Origin: Octopus bimaculoides
Taxonomy: Eukaryota
Direction of reading: 5' to 3'
Assembly: GCF_001194135.2 (NCBI RefSeq)
Contig: NC_068991.1
Location: forward strand, 65,502,894-65,566,893
DNA length: 64,000 nucleotides
Each line of letters starts with the position of its first letter. Positions within the stretch are counted from its first letter, which is position 1. Below are positions 25,946 through 39,052 of the stretch, piece by piece. The notes beneath the pieces are model-generated. The model did not search any database and had not been told where the DNA came from. It saw nothing but the letters and a program-made list of their open reading frames with translations. A program made the translations under genes and the position numbers.

Positions 25946-27009
25946 TACTTATGTATGTGTATATATTAGATATAACTAATTGTTTAATGTTGATATTCAT
26001 TGAATAGATAATTCACCTTCTTGACTGATGAATCATAAGTTCATATAACATTGCTATTGTACTGAACTGTAGTTTAGCAAGGCACAGAATACTTCATGTT
26101 CATCTTACCTTTCAGAGAAGAAGGAAAACCTTTGGAGGCAGAGTAATGATGTGGGAACTAACATATGGTCTTTATGCTTAACAGTGCTGAGATCAAATCC
26201 TATTATTTGACAGAAACTGGAATATTTTAAAGAGAAATTATGGAGATTGTTTGTGTGGCTATCAAGTAAGACATTATCATTTGGTAAGATTACATTGGTG
26301 CTCAGTTTTAGATGTTTTAGAACTACCAAGGTCATCCACCATGTGTACTAGAAGAACAAAGAATTTCTAGTGGTTCTAGCATATCTATTTACAAAGATTT
26401 CTTCATTGTAGGAGGAACAAAAACTAACTTTTCAATGTATTCTTTGAGAAAACTTGCAAAATTAAGAGTTTAAGAGTTTTGAGTAGAGGTGAACTCTAAC
26501 ATTTCAGAAAGGGACCTTGTTTTGAAGAATTCTCATATTTTCATGGTCTAAAATTTTTCATTGCGAATTTTTATTCACTAGATTTTGATGGTAAAAAAAG
26601 TAAAGCTACCTTCTGACATCATACCAACTCATAAGGGCTGGCTTCCGAGTTTCATGGTGTATATATCCTGGACAGGATGCCGGTCCATTGCAGGATTACT
26701 CATTTCCGCCAGCTGAGTGGACTGGAGCAACAGGGAGAAGGTACTTGTCAGAGTAATTCCATTTCTTGGGGAGGCAGGAGGGAGGGGTTCCTTGATTGGC
26801 TGAGTGTGGTTGCTCTGTTGCTGGGATGTCTCTTGCCATATTATTTATATGCTTTTGTATTTTTCATGTCTGTTTTGACTTATTTGATTCTGCATACACC
26901 CCCACCCCGGGGCCCCACCCTGTTCCCATCATGTTTCTTTGTAACTTGTCCTTGTAATGTTCCCTCATTCATTGCCCTGGTTGCAAATATAAGAAACCAG
27001 CACTCCCAG

Positions 27010-27068
27010 CACCACCACCACCACCACCACCACCACCACCACCACCACCACTGCCGCTGCCACTGCCG

Positions 27069-27134
<66 letters not shown>

Positions 27135-27382
27135 GAAGCAGAAGAAGAAGAAGAAGAAGAAGAAGTCTGATGAAAAAGAAAGCAAAAATGATAAACAGCA
27201 GCAATGGTGTTTGGTGTAATTTGATAGAGAAAATTTCCCCAATATCTCATCTCATCAAATTTGGTTCATTGATTTATTGGCTAGAAATCAAGAACATTTC
27301 CAATAACCTCTTCCTCTGGCACTATCATCATCATCAACACCACCACCACCACCACCTCCTCCTCCTCCTCCTCATCATCATC

Positions 27383-27427
<45 letters not shown>

Positions 27428-27430
27428 GCT
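27010..27430. repeat. Compound trinucleotide repeats (CAC)n(CAT)n(GAA)n and (CAT/CAC/CTC)n
   Basis: Directly visible. Confidence 0.9.
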
Positions 27431-27944
27431 ACTGTCCTTGTTCATAGTTTTAGTATCTGCTTCTGACATAGATCGGACAAATTTGTTCTACACCCTACAT
27501 TCTGTTGTTATCATCTCTGGTTACTACTCCTAAGCCTTCTTTCTGTGGGGGTCACCGACCTTCAAATTATAAATTATGCAAACAGCAGCTGCTTCTGGTT
27601 TCTTTGTTTTTTTTTTGTTTTTTTTTTACATTTCCATTTTCCCCCAGAATGGTTTCATAGTAGATTCAAAATCACCTTAATTACACAATTCCTTTCACAC
27701 TTCCCACTTTCCCTTTCTCCTACCTGGCTGACATGATTTATACCTGAACATCTCTCTTTCTTCCTACCTATCTCTCCCCCCCCCTCTCTCTCTCTCACAC
27801 TTATTCTCTCCTCCTCTTTCTCTCTCTTTCATCCTTTCTCTGTTTAGGGGAAGCAACACTATCTCTTTCCCTCACTATAATCACATGCATACGGCCGTAC
27901 CACTGCAACTATAAGGAAAAGTAACTAAACTCAACAATTATATA

Positions 27945-28470
27945 TACAGGCATTGCTGTATGGTAAGAAGTTTACTTCTCAACCACATGGTTCTGGGTTC
28001 AATCCCACTGCATGGCACCCAGGGCAAGTGTCTACTACTATATCCTCAGGCCAGTCAAAGCCTTGTGAGTAGATTTGGTAAATAGAAACTGAAAGAAACT
28101 TGTGATGTGTGTGTGTGTGTGTGTGTGTGTGTGTCTTTTCTTTTTCTACTCTAGGCACAAGGCCCGAAATTTTGGGGGAGGGTCCAGTAGATTAGATCGA
28201 CCCCAGTACGCAACTGGTACTAAATTTTCTACCAACTCGCCTCCTACGTGTGTCTTTTCATGTGTGTTTGTTCCCCACCCCTACTTGACAACTGGGGTTG
28301 GTGTGTTTAAGTCCCTGTAACTTGGCAGTTTGGCAAAAGAGGCCAATAGAATAAGAACCAGGCTTAGAAAAAAAAAAACTAGGGTTGGTTCATTTGACTA
28401 AAAACTCTTCAAGGCTCCAGCATGGCCATAGTCTAATAACTGAAACATGTAAAAAATAAAAGAGAAAAGA
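27945..28470 (+). mobile_element. SINE family A interrupted by a reverse family D 3' fragment (about 28145-28235)
   Basis: A head and A tail flank CACAAGGCCCGAAATTTTGGGGGAGGG...GATCGACCCCAGTACGCAACTGGTAC, which is the family D end reversed. Confidence 0.75.
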
Positions 28471-28473
28471 TAT

Positions 28474-28605
28474 ATGAAGGTGCATGGCCTAATGGTTAAG
28501 GTATTGCACTCACAATTGCTAGATCATGTGTTCGATTCCTGGACTGGGTGGCAGGTTGTGTTCTTGAGCAAAACACTTCATTTCACATTGAACCAGTCCA
28601 CTCAG
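28474..28605 (+). mobile_element. SINE family E head
   Basis: TGGCCTAATGGTTAAGG, GTTCGATTCC and GTGTTCTTGAGCAAAACAC...CCACTCAGCTG, as in 40928-41195. Confidence 0.75.
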
Positions 28606-29458
28606 CTGTCCTCCACTATCCATGACCTCATCTCCTTCTCCCGTCTCCCTCTCACCGCCTCCAACCTCATTGTCCACACACCTCACACCCCCACCATTTA
28701 CTTTCTTCTCAAAATCCACAAACCTAACAACCCTGGCCGCCCCATCCTCTCTGCCTGTAACTGCCCCATGAAACTCATCTCTAAATACCTCAACCGTGTC
28801 CTTGCCCCTCTAGTGGCTTCCCTACCCTCACACATCCACGACACTAACCATGCTCTTCATCTTTTCAACTCTTTCTCCTTCCCTCTTGGCCCCTCTAAAC
28901 TTCTCTTCACTCTTGATATCAAGAGTCTATATATGGTGATCCCACACCATGAGGGGCTTCTTGCCCTCAAACACTACCTAGACCTTCGACCTAACCCCCA
29001 ACCTGATACGTCCACACTTCTTCGTCTGGCCGAGCTTGTTCTCTCCCTTAACTGCTTCTTAATCATGGGGGAGTTTTACCAACTGGTCTCGGGAGTGGCC
29101 ATGGGAATGAGAATGGGTCCCAACTATGTACTCCCAATTCCTCCGTCTGCGCAGACTCTGCAGTGACAATCATAACTTTGAGACTCAGTCTCAGCTCATG
29201 GCTCGCCACTTCATCCTTCGTGGATATCCCCTCACCACTATCCACACAGTCCTTGCCAGAGCACGTTCCGTGGACCATGCATCTGCTCTCTCTCCCCACA
29301 CCAGCCCTGCTGTTACCCATCTCCCGTTTCCCCTCACCTACCACCCCTTCACCCTGCCTCTCCAACACACCATTTTCTGAGCCTTCTGGTGACTCCAGTC
29401 CGACCCCTCCACTTCACACATCTTCACCAACCTACCCCTCCCCTCCTTCAAACGAGCC
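28606..29458 (+). mobile_element. Penelope-like element reverse transcriptase fragment, internally deleted
   Basis: YFLLKIHKPNNPGRPILS, FTLDIKSLY and GVAMGMRMGPNY, then an abrupt jump to YSQFLRLRRLCS...RGYP and LQSDPSTSHIF. The catalytic YxDD motif is absent. Runs into a gap. Confidence 0.88.
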
Positions 29459-29873
29459 NNNNNNNNNNNNNNNNNNNNNNNNNNNNNNNNNNNNNNNNNN
29501 NNNNNNNNNNNNNNNNNNNNNNNNNNNNNNNNNNNNNNNNNNNNNNNNNNNNNNNNNNNNNNNNNNNNNNNNNNNNNNNNNNNNNNNNNNNNNNNNNNNN
29601 NNNNNNNNNNNNNNNNNNNNNNNNNNNNNNNNNNNNNNNNNNNNNNNNNNNNNNNNNNNNNNNNNNNNNNNNNNNNNNNNNNNNNNNNNNNNNNNNNNNN
29701 NNNNNNNNNNNNNNNNNNNNNNNNNNNNNNNNNNNNNNNNNNNNNNNNNNNNNNNNNNNNNNNNNNNNNNNNNNNNNNNNNNNNNNNNNNNNNNNNNNNN
29801 NNNNNNNNNNNNNNNNNNNNNNNNNNNNNNNNNNNNNNNNNNNNNNNNNNNNNNNNNNNNNNNNNNNNNNNNA

Positions 29874-29990
29874 TCAGATTGGAGCCTGGTGTAGCCACCT
29901 GGTTCACCAGTCCTTAGTCAAATCGTCCAACTCATGCTAGCATGGAAAGGGGACGTTAAACGATGATGATGATGACAATGATGATGATGA
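29874..29990 (+). mobile_element. Family C tail
   Basis: GCTAGCATGGAAAGGGGACGTTAAACGATGATGATG. Confidence 0.8.
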
Positions 29991-30639
29991 ATATGTTGTC
30001 TATTGACTTTTTATACATGCTAGGCCACTGGTAGTGAAATTTTAAAAAAACTCGCTACTCTATATATTTTACGTATATAGATAGATAGATAGATAGATAG
30101 TATGATTGATAGGTGTAAGTATGTATTAATTTGTGTATATTTATGTATGTATGTATGTATGTATGTATGTACACATGTATAAAAGTATGTATGTATGTAC
30201 ACATGTATAAAAGTATGTATGTATGTACACATGTATGTATGTATGTATGTATGTATTTATGCATTTACAGCTGGCAAGACAGATAGACAGAAACGAAACA
30301 GATCTTGTAAGTTGTGAGAAGCACCAGAAGAGTTGTAATAATCAGTTTTAATGAAGGGTGGGGCAAGAAAAAAAAGCTGTACTGTAACTAATACTGTTAT
30401 TTTATTGTTGTAGTACAACTGTTTACTGATGTGTTATCGTAGTTTAGTTGTGTGACTATTTCAGTTGGGACAAGAGTACAACAGGGTGGCAAAAAACGAT
30501 AGGATTAAAGATTATCAAAAGTGACTAAAAAAATACTTGGCGTCAGGAAGGGCATCCAGGTATAAAACATTGTCCCAAAAGACATCGGATCCAACTTGTA
30601 CCAGGTGAAGGACAATGATGATGGGGAAGTGAAGGAGCG

Positions 30640-31430
30640 GGAGGGGAGGGGAGAAGGGAGAAGGGGAGGATGAACAGGGGGATGAACAGGGGGGTGAACA
30701 GGGGGGTGAACAGGGAGGAGGAGGAAGATGAAGAGGAGGAGGAGGAGGCGGAAAAGGAAGGGAAGAAGAAGGAAGAGGAGGAAGGGAGGAGAAGGAAAAG
30801 GAAGAGAAGAGAGGAGAAAAAGAAGGAAGAAGAAGAGAAGGGAGGAGAAAGAGAAGGAAGAGGAAGAGAAGGGAGGAGAAAGAGAAGGAAGAGGAGGAAG
30901 AGAAGGGAGGAGAAAGAGAAGGAAGAGGAGGAAGAGAAGGATGAGGAAGAGGAAGAAAAAAGGAAAAGGGAGAAANNNNNNNNNNNNNNNNNNNNNNNNN
31001 NNNNNNNNNNNNNNNNNNNNNNNNNNNNNNNNNNNNNNNNNNNNNNNNNNNNNNNNNNNNNNNNNNNNNNNNNNNNNNNNNNNNNNNNNNNNNNNNNNNN
31101 NNNNNNNNNNNNNNNNNNNNNNNGGGGGGGAGAAGGGGAGAAGGTGGAAGAGGAGGAAGATTATAAGGGTGGCGACAATGGTGGTGGTGGTGGTGATGGT
31201 GGTGGTGGTGGTGAGTATGATGATGGTAAAGAGGAGGATGATGGTGATGATGATGGTGATGCTCGTGGCAATGATGATGACAACAATAATAACAGTGATG
31301 AGGACGATGATGACGATGATGCTAGCAGTGTTGATTATGACAGTGATGATGACAACGATAATGATTGTGGTGATGACAACAATGATGGTGGTGATGATGA
31401 TGATGACTATAATGATGATAATGATGAGGA
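30640..31430. repeat. Purine-rich (GAA/GGA) and (GAT/GGT) low-complexity tract
   Basis: Directly visible; source of spurious E/K/R/D-rich ORFs. Confidence 0.9.
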
Positions 31431-31664
31431 TTAATAATTTAGAAGTACATTCATATCATTATTAATTCAACTATCCAGTATTATCCTGCAAAGAGATTAA
31501 GATAATACCACTTTATCTGTTTTTAGCAGTTATTACATATTCAAACACCAAATTCTTTAATGAATTAATGGTTCATCCCAAAATAACTGCAGGTCATTAT
31601 TTGTTATTTATAAACACATTAGCTAGGGTTGGATGGAGCTGCAAATTTAGGTATTTGAGTATCT

Positions 31665-32080
31665 TTTATCTTTTTTTTACTTGTTTCGGTCATAGAACTG
31701 AAGCCTTGTTAGGGCACTGCTTTGAAGGAGTTAGTTGAAGAAATTGACCCTAGTATTTATTCATAAGTCTGGTACTTACTCTATCAGTCTCTTTTGCCAA
31801 ACTGCTTTGTTATGGAGATGTAAACAAACCAACACTGATTATCAATTAGTTATGGGATGGACAAACGCAAACACAAAGATGAGCACATGCACACACAGAC
31901 ACACATACATGTGTGTGTGTGTGTGATGGGCTTCGACACAGTTTCCATCTATGAAATTCATTCACAAGGCATTGATTAGCCTGGGGCTACAGTAAAATAC
32001 CCTTGCCCAAGACTCTGTGCTGCAGGACTGAACATGAGGCCACATGGTTGCAAAGCAACTTTTCTAACTACATACCCATG
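31665..32080 (-). mobile_element. SINE family A (older, diverged)
   Basis: Reverse A architecture with many CpG transitions. Confidence 0.8.
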
Positions 32081-32084
32081 CATT

Positions 32085-32277
32085 GTTGTTGTTGTTGTTG
32101 GCACTCCGTCGCTTACGACGTCGAGGGTTCCAGTTGATCCGATCAACGGAACAGCCTGCTCGTGAAATTAACGTGCAAGTGGCTAAGCACTCCACAGACA
32201 CGTGTACCCTTAACGTAGTTCTCAGGAATATTCAGCGTGACACAGTGTGACAAGGCTGACCCTTTGAATTACAGGCA
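32085..32277 (-). mobile_element. SINE family B 3' half
   Basis: (TTG)n-GCACTCCGTCGCTTACGACGTCGAGGGTTCCAGTTGATCCGATC. Confidence 0.9.
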
Positions 32278-32682
32278 TTTCAATAGGCACAGCTATGAGA
32301 AACAAAGGAAAACTTACTACAAGAAACAAGTATTCTACACAGTAAGGAAGAGAGAAGCAATATGGTGGAACAGATAAGATATTGCATTGCTATCTTATAG
32401 GTCAACAGGGAGATGTTTATCAACCATTATAACATCTGCAAGATAACAAACACGGAACGTAAATGTTACCTTCAAGAATTATATGACCAGCAATTTCTAT
32501 CATTTCCCAAAATGCAGTCAGATATTCTGGTTCCTTGCCAAGAGAATCTCGACTAAATTTCAGTATGGCTGTTTTCACCACCACCATCATCATCATGCTC
32601 ACATCTTAATGTCCACTTTGCCTTCCTTGCATGGGTCAGATGAAGTTTATTGAGATAGATTTTCTTTGATAGGTGCCCTTAC

Positions 32683-32891
32683 TCCTCCACTCGTTTCAGC
32701 CATTTGACTGTGGCCATGCTGGAGCACCACCCCAGTCGAGCAAATCGACCCCAGGACTTATTCTTTGTAAGCCTAGTATTTATTCTATCGGCCACTTTTG
32801 CCGAACCACTAAGTTACGGGGACGTAAACACACCAGCATCGGTTGTCAAGCGACGCTGGGGGGGGGGACAAACACAGGCACACAAACATAT

Positions 32892-32922
<31 letters not shown>

Positions 32923-33145
32923 NNNNNNNNNNNNNNNNNNNNNNNNNNNNNNNNNNNNNNNNNNNNNNNNNNNNNNNNNNNNNNNNNNNNNNNNNNNNNN
33001 NNNNNNNNNNNNNNNNNNNNNNNNNNNNNNNNNNNNNNNNNNNNNNNNNNNNNNNNNNNNNNNNNNNNNNNNNNNNNNNNNNNNNNNNNNNNNNNNNNNN
33101 NNNNNNNNNNCATAAGAATGCTACTTACCACACCACAGCCACTCC
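32683..33145 (-). mobile_element. SINE family A with gap in the internal microsatellite
   Basis: Reverse A tail and A head flank the N gap. Confidence 0.85.
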
Positions 33146-33319
33146 TACCCTTCATAGGAAAGGCACCAACCTTCACTTGTTTTCAAGCAAGATAATAATA
33201 TCCCATGGACAGACATGTTTTGGTAGAATATTGGAAATGAATGACACTGCCTGTATCACAGTGACACTCACCTACGACTATCAGGCGATGTCAAGACGAA
33301 GATACACACACTCACTCAC

Positions 33320-33360
<41 letters not shown>

Positions 33361-33978
33361 TACACATACACACACACCCACACACACACAAACACATACA
33401 TCCATGAGTGCATATGGCCTCATGATTAGGATGTTGCACTCATATGTGTGCATGTGTGTGTGCGTGTGTGCACATGTGTGTATGTGTGTGTATGTGTGTG
33501 TGTGTGTGTACATGGATGAGGGCATGTGACCTAGTGGTTAGACAGTTGTACTCATGATCATGAGATTGTGTGTTCGATTCTTGGATTGGACAGTGTGTCG
33601 TGTCCTTGAGCAAAACTCTTGATTTTTCTTTGCTCTGTGATCTGGTAGCATGTATCATACTTTCATTAATTGTTTTAAGCACCTATGTAGTCATGAACCG
33701 ACAAAGCTGCTCTCTTGGGCCCTCCCATCATTGACCCAGGGGAATACTGAGGGTTGTGATGCCTGGAGGGAAAGAAGGCGGTGCCAGTACTCAGCTGGTA
33801 CTCTATTTTCAGCTGAGTAGACTAGAGTCATGTAAATTTAGGTTCCTTGTTCAAAAATAAAATGTACCATCCAATACAGAAATTGAACCAATGACATTAT
33901 GACTGTCAGCCTGACACTGTATCCACTTGGCCATACACCTTCATAATATCTTATAGTGAAAGATATTTGAATTTTAGA

Positions 33979-34400
33979 CATAGGCGTAGGAGTGGCTGTG
34001 TGGTAAGTAGCCTACTTACCAACCGCATGATTCCGGGTTCAGTCCCACTGCATGACATCTTGGGCAAGTGTCTTCTACTTTACCCTCGGGCCGACCAAAG
34101 CCTTGTGAGTGAATTTGGTAGACGGAAACTGAAAGAAGCCCGTCGTATATATGTATATATGTATGTATGTGTGTGTATATGTTTGCGTGTCTGTGTTTGT
34201 CCCCCCAACATCGCTTGTCAACCGATGGTGGTGTGTTTACGTCCCCGTAACTTAGCGGTTCGGCAAAAGAGACCGATAGAATAAGTACTAAGCTTCCAAA
34301 GAATAAGTCCTGGGGTTGATTTGCTCGACTAAAGGTGGTGCTCCAGCATGGCCACAGTCAAATGATTGAAACAAGTAAAAGAGTAAAAAGAGTAAAGAGG
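33979..34400 (+). mobile_element. SINE family A, young full-length copy
   Basis: Complete head to AAGAGTA tail; CpGs largely intact. Confidence 0.92.
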
Positions 34401-34541
34401 TAGATATTTTATTATTAAGCATAGGAAGTTGTTTTAAGATGAGTTTCAGGTAGGTATTAGCTGTATTTTCTCCATCAGTCAGTAATTAGTGATTAAATGA
34501 GCTGCTGGAAGTTAATTTATCTGTGAAGATATCTCTACAAT

Positions 34542-34768
34542 TTAATCCTTTAGCATTCAGATTACTCTCTCAAATTTAATCTCTATTTACTCTCATTATT
34601 TTGAATTAATCATGTCTTATCTTGTAGCTTCAAGATTCCAATGATGCTATTGTTCATTTTTAGAATGACATTGTAGGTAGGTGTGAGGGGCCAGATCTGG
34701 CCAGTTTTCACATAAAACTAGAAGAATATTTAGGCTGGATATGGCTGGTTTGAATGCTAAAAAGCTAA
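34542..34768 (+). mobile_element. piggyBac-like MITE (family F), near complete
   Basis: TTAA-TCCTTTAGCATTCA ... TGAATGCTAAAAAG-CTAA, a degenerate TTAA TSD plus CCCTTTAGCATTCA-type TIR. Other copies at 4993 and 41531. Confidence 0.65.
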
Positions 34769-35221
34769 ATGAAATATTTAGCTTTGTTAGACAGTGGAGA
34801 TCCCTGGTGTTCTCGGCCTCCAAACCCTATCCCTGTTCACTGCTACTGGGGCGGAGATGGCTGTCAATAAGTACAAGCCTCATGAATCAGAGTGGCCCTT
34901 CCAGTGCATCTCCCTTATCATCTTCTAGGGCAATACCTTTGTCATTTTGTCTGCTAGGATCATGAGACAGTTTGAATTACAGGAAATCAGGAGAATGTAA
35001 GAATTTCATAGCTTGCTACCTGTAGTTAGTCTGTTGGTGTTGTTTCTGATGGGAGTAACTCAGCTTACCTGTAAATTTCATACCTTACATAGGAATTTGA
35101 ATATTTTACTCTATTAAATAGGATGACACAACACCCTGATAGCATTCCAATAATATTTTATATAGAGGCGATAAAAATAGAGGTAACTGTGTGTGTGTGT
35201 GTGTGTGTGTGTATACATCTT

Positions 35222-35450
35222 TTTCTTTATTGCCCACAAGGGGCTAAACATAGAGGGGACAAATAAGGACAGACAAAGGGATTAAGTCGATTACATCGAC
35301 CCCGGTGCGTAACTGGTATTTAATTTATCGATCCCAAAAGGATGAAAGGCAAAGTCGACCTTGGCGGAATTTGAACTCAGAACGTAAAGGCAGATGAAAT
35401 ACCGCTAAGCATTTCATCCAGCGTGCTAACGTTTCTGCCAGCTTGCTGCC
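35222..35450 (-). mobile_element. SINE family D, young copy
   Basis: GGATGAAAGGCAAAGTCGACCTTGGCGGAATTTGAACTCAGAACG. Confidence 0.9.
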
Positions 35451-36472
35451 CTGAGCATGTGTGTATACATCTGTGTGTGCATATATATATGGGTATTTTT
35501 GTCTGTATGTATGCACTTCTGTGTGTTGGTTTCACCCAAACACATATATAATGAGAGAAGTATAAATTGCTGTTTAGCCCCATTCTTGTCTTCTTTCTTC
35601 CTGTTTTTTTTTTTTTTTTGTGAAACACACAATACCTGAGAGTCTATCATTATCCAATGTGTCCCTTTTTTAATGCAAAAAGGTGTTTTGTGAAGAAAAT
35701 TTGGCTGCTATTTCTAGCATCTTAAGTGGTCATCTAGCATTTTTCTTCACTGGGTAAGTCAACTGTTCTCGACCATGTGCAATAAATTGACACAAAATAT
35801 TTTTAACAACTTTTATATAATTCCTAATAATATTTAATCATAAAAAATACTAAAAGATTTTCTAAACATTGAATGGCTATGGTGGTTCACCTGAGAAAAA
35901 CAGAAATCAAAGGGGTCCATAGGCAAAAAAAATAGTTCAGAAACACTGGGTTAAGTGGATACAATAGTTGGGTCAGTTTGGTGCAAGTGACATGGAACTT
36001 GTTAGTTCAGAGAAAAGGATGTTGTGGCAACATAGAATAGCAAAGGAAGAAACGTCTGAGCTTCTTGACATGTCTTCACATGTTGCATGACCATTGTAAA
36101 CAAAAGGGGAGTCACAGTTATATCTGGAATGTTCATTGTTTGATAAGCTAGAAGATTCTTATCTTGCATGTACAGCTCATTTAATGTGTTATGGATTGTC
36201 AATTGTCTTTTCTGAATAACTTTGTTTAGATGTTAACCCCAGGAGGATTTGAACATTCAAGCTAGAATGATTGTGTTTGTGTGTGTGTGTGTGTGTGATG
36301 GCATAGCAATATTACTGTCCCAGATATGTGAGCAGGCATCTCTCTCTCTAATAGGAGCGATACTTCATCTTTATAGACAGTCAACAGCTGATTGGGGTGG
36401 GGATGGGGTCAATAAAATAGGTACCAGTGAAGGGTAAGTACTAACAATTAAAATCCATTAATTTGACTTTTG

Positions 36473-36787
36473 TGGAGGCACAATGGCCCAGTGGTTAGGG
36501 CAGTGGACTCGCGGTCATAGGATCGTGGTTTCGATTCCCAGACCGGGCGTTGTGAGTGTTTATTGAGCGAAAACACCTAAAGCTCCACGAGGCTCCAGCA
36601 GGGGATGGTGGCGAACCCTGCTGTACTCTTCCACCACAACTTTCTCTCACTCTTACTTCCTGTTTCTGTTGTGCCTGTAATTCAAAGGGTCATCCTTGTC
36701 ACACTGTGTCATGCTGAATATCCCCGAGAACTACATTAAGGGTACACGTGTCTGTGGAGTACTCAGCCACTTGCACGTTAATTTCAT
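36473..36787 (+). mobile_element. SINE family B, 3'-truncated
   Basis: TGGCCCAGTGGTTAGG A-box, GGTTTCGATTCCC B-box, body as in 48597-48983. Confidence 0.9.
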
Positions 36788-37400
36788 GAAACCCTTACTT
36801 GAAATTTAAATATTCAGAAACAACCANNNNNNNNNNNNNNNNNNNNNNNNNNNNNNNNNNNNNNNNNNNNNNNNNNNNNNNNNNNNNNNNNNNNNNNNNN
36901 NNNNNNNNNNNNNNNNNNNNNNNNNNNNNNNNNNNNNNNNNNNNNNNNNNNNNNNNNNNNNNNNNNNNNNNNNNNNNNNNNNNNNNNNNNNNNNNNNNNN
37001 NNNNNNNNNNNNNNNNNNNNNNNNNNNNNNNNNNNNNNNNNNNNNNNNNNNNNNNNNNNNNGTGCAAAAAGATGCATGTGTCATGGAATACACTGACATG
37101 TTAGTGAAAAGACGACAATTTGGTAAAGTCATTTGCGCAAAGGATAGAATACTTCATGTTATTTGATTCAATTCCTTTAGTTATATTCTCTGGTTTATCA
37201 AACAATGAACAGCCTAGACATAGTTGTGAGTCCTTTTTGTATACAATGATCATGCAACATGCCAAGACATTTCAAGAAGCTCAGACGTTTCTCTTCCCTT
37301 CCTATTTTTACCTCTGTGAAGATGTGGTCCATATTTATCTGGCCTGTGCCTTTGACTTGTCCAGCATAGGAAGCCCTACTAGGAGTTTTCACTCTGCTTT

Positions 37401-37710
37401 TGTGGTATGACGGTCAGCAACTAGGGAGCTGACCGCTGACTGGAACCGTGAACTGACTGGAACGGTGAGCTGACCGGAAGAGGAAGAAGGGCAGAGGGAG
37501 CCTCGATCGGGATTTCGTGCCCTTTTCGAACGGGGTTGTTGTGAGGAGAGGACGAGCCAAGCGATCGTCTAGGTGTTGGGAGAAGCAGCTGCTATTTCTA
37601 GTGCTCTTCGGGTCGGGCCAGCCGCGAGGATCGGATACCACAGGACAGACTCGTGCAAAAGAAGGAAACCAAGGTAAGCCGATTACTTCTACTCACACGC
37701 ATACACCACA
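37401..37710. mobile_element. Probable solo LTR (310 bp)
   Basis: Starts TGTGGT and ends ACCACA (inverted termini, TG...CA). Flanks are GCTTT and ACTTT (5-bp TSD with one mismatch). GC/CpG-rich island in AT-rich DNA. An alternative inner end ATACCACA lies at 37642. Confidence 0.55.
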
Positions 37711-39020
37711 ACTTTCACAGCTCTCAGGGTCATCAAAGCACACAAGCCATCATATTGCAACAAGGAGTGAACCTTGTGAGGAGACTGGTGCCAAGCTGTG
37801 TTCTGTCTTTAAGAAAAGTCATTCCTTTGGACAACATTGATTGCATGGGAAGAGGAGAATTTCATACTTTGGCAACTACTAGATTTCTACAGAAAATACT
37901 TTGCCCAGATCTCCACATACAGATGCAGATGTATAGCCAATCCTGATTGATGGAGTCTCTAAAAAGGAGAAATATTAGAAAAAGATAGAATAATTTGGGC
38001 TTACAAGGAAGCCTCTTCCGCATTGGCTCAAATTAAGGTCATGCAATCTTCTACAAACAGCAGACAAATTTCAGTCAAACCACACTCTAACAGTTGAAAC
38101 AAGGCTGCAGAACACATTATATAATGTAACCCTGGATATAGTGCACCTGACAAGATCACCACAACTGGAATATTTCTGATCATAATTCTGCTTGATGAGG
38201 GGAGATTTAGACTAAACAACAACTGTTTGATAGAAATCTTAGAAATGTGAACAAGCAGCATCCTACCTTCTGAAACTAAGTCATAAAGGGAAACTCTATG
38301 GCAGGCGGGAGCAAACCTTGACCAATGGAACTTTCTGAATATCACGTCTATCAAAAAATTTCTTTTTTTAATAGAGTTACCTGCCTGATGGTATGTGATG
38401 TCTCACTTCTTGAGAAAAGGTTGCCCTTGCCTGATCTTTGAGATCACTCAGCCTGCATGAAACAGCAGCCAAAATTATTAATTCATACATCATAGATTTT
38501 AATTGATTGAGAAAATGTTCTTTTTTTTATTATCAAAAACTGGCCAAACAAAAAAAACCTCTCTGATATATTTTTGGCAGCAAAGACTGATTTATTCTTA
38601 AACCTGTTGTTCAGCAATTAGGAATCTAGCATGCATCAATGATTAGCACCCATATATCAGCATGTCTGTTATATTTAATAGCTTCCGCAGTTGTCAGTGT
38701 AATAATACAGATGATGTTGGCTAATGAGATAAATGAAGAATGGTTTTCAGAACTGGCTAATAGCTATAACACAATAGAAAAGAGTTACTTTGGAGCAGTA
38801 GCCATGATATCATGACAATTGTCCTCATAATCATCATCATCATTTTCATCTTCGTTTTCTTTCTTTTCATCATTATATTTCTGCTCCTCCTTTTCATCAT
38901 TGCTACCATCACTATTATCATCACTTATCGTCATCACTTTCTTCCTCCTTCTGTCATCATAACTTTAACAACTGTCATCATCACCAACATCACCAGTGTC
39001 ATATTTTCATCATTATGATC

Positions 39021-39052
<32 letters not shown>

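Noticed and set aside
26109-26347. Minus-strand open segment between AG and GTAAG
   Set aside because: The 79-aa translation resembles nothing I recognise, including CAMKMT exon 2; such pairs arise by chance.
30670-31465. Acidic/basic 245-254 aa ORFs
   Set aside because: Low-complexity GAA/GAT DNA bridged by a gap.
36473-36550. tRNA gene calls for the A/B-box-containing heads (also at 40928, 48597, 59401)
   Set aside because: They continue into SINE bodies and lack a complete cloverleaf and acceptor stem.
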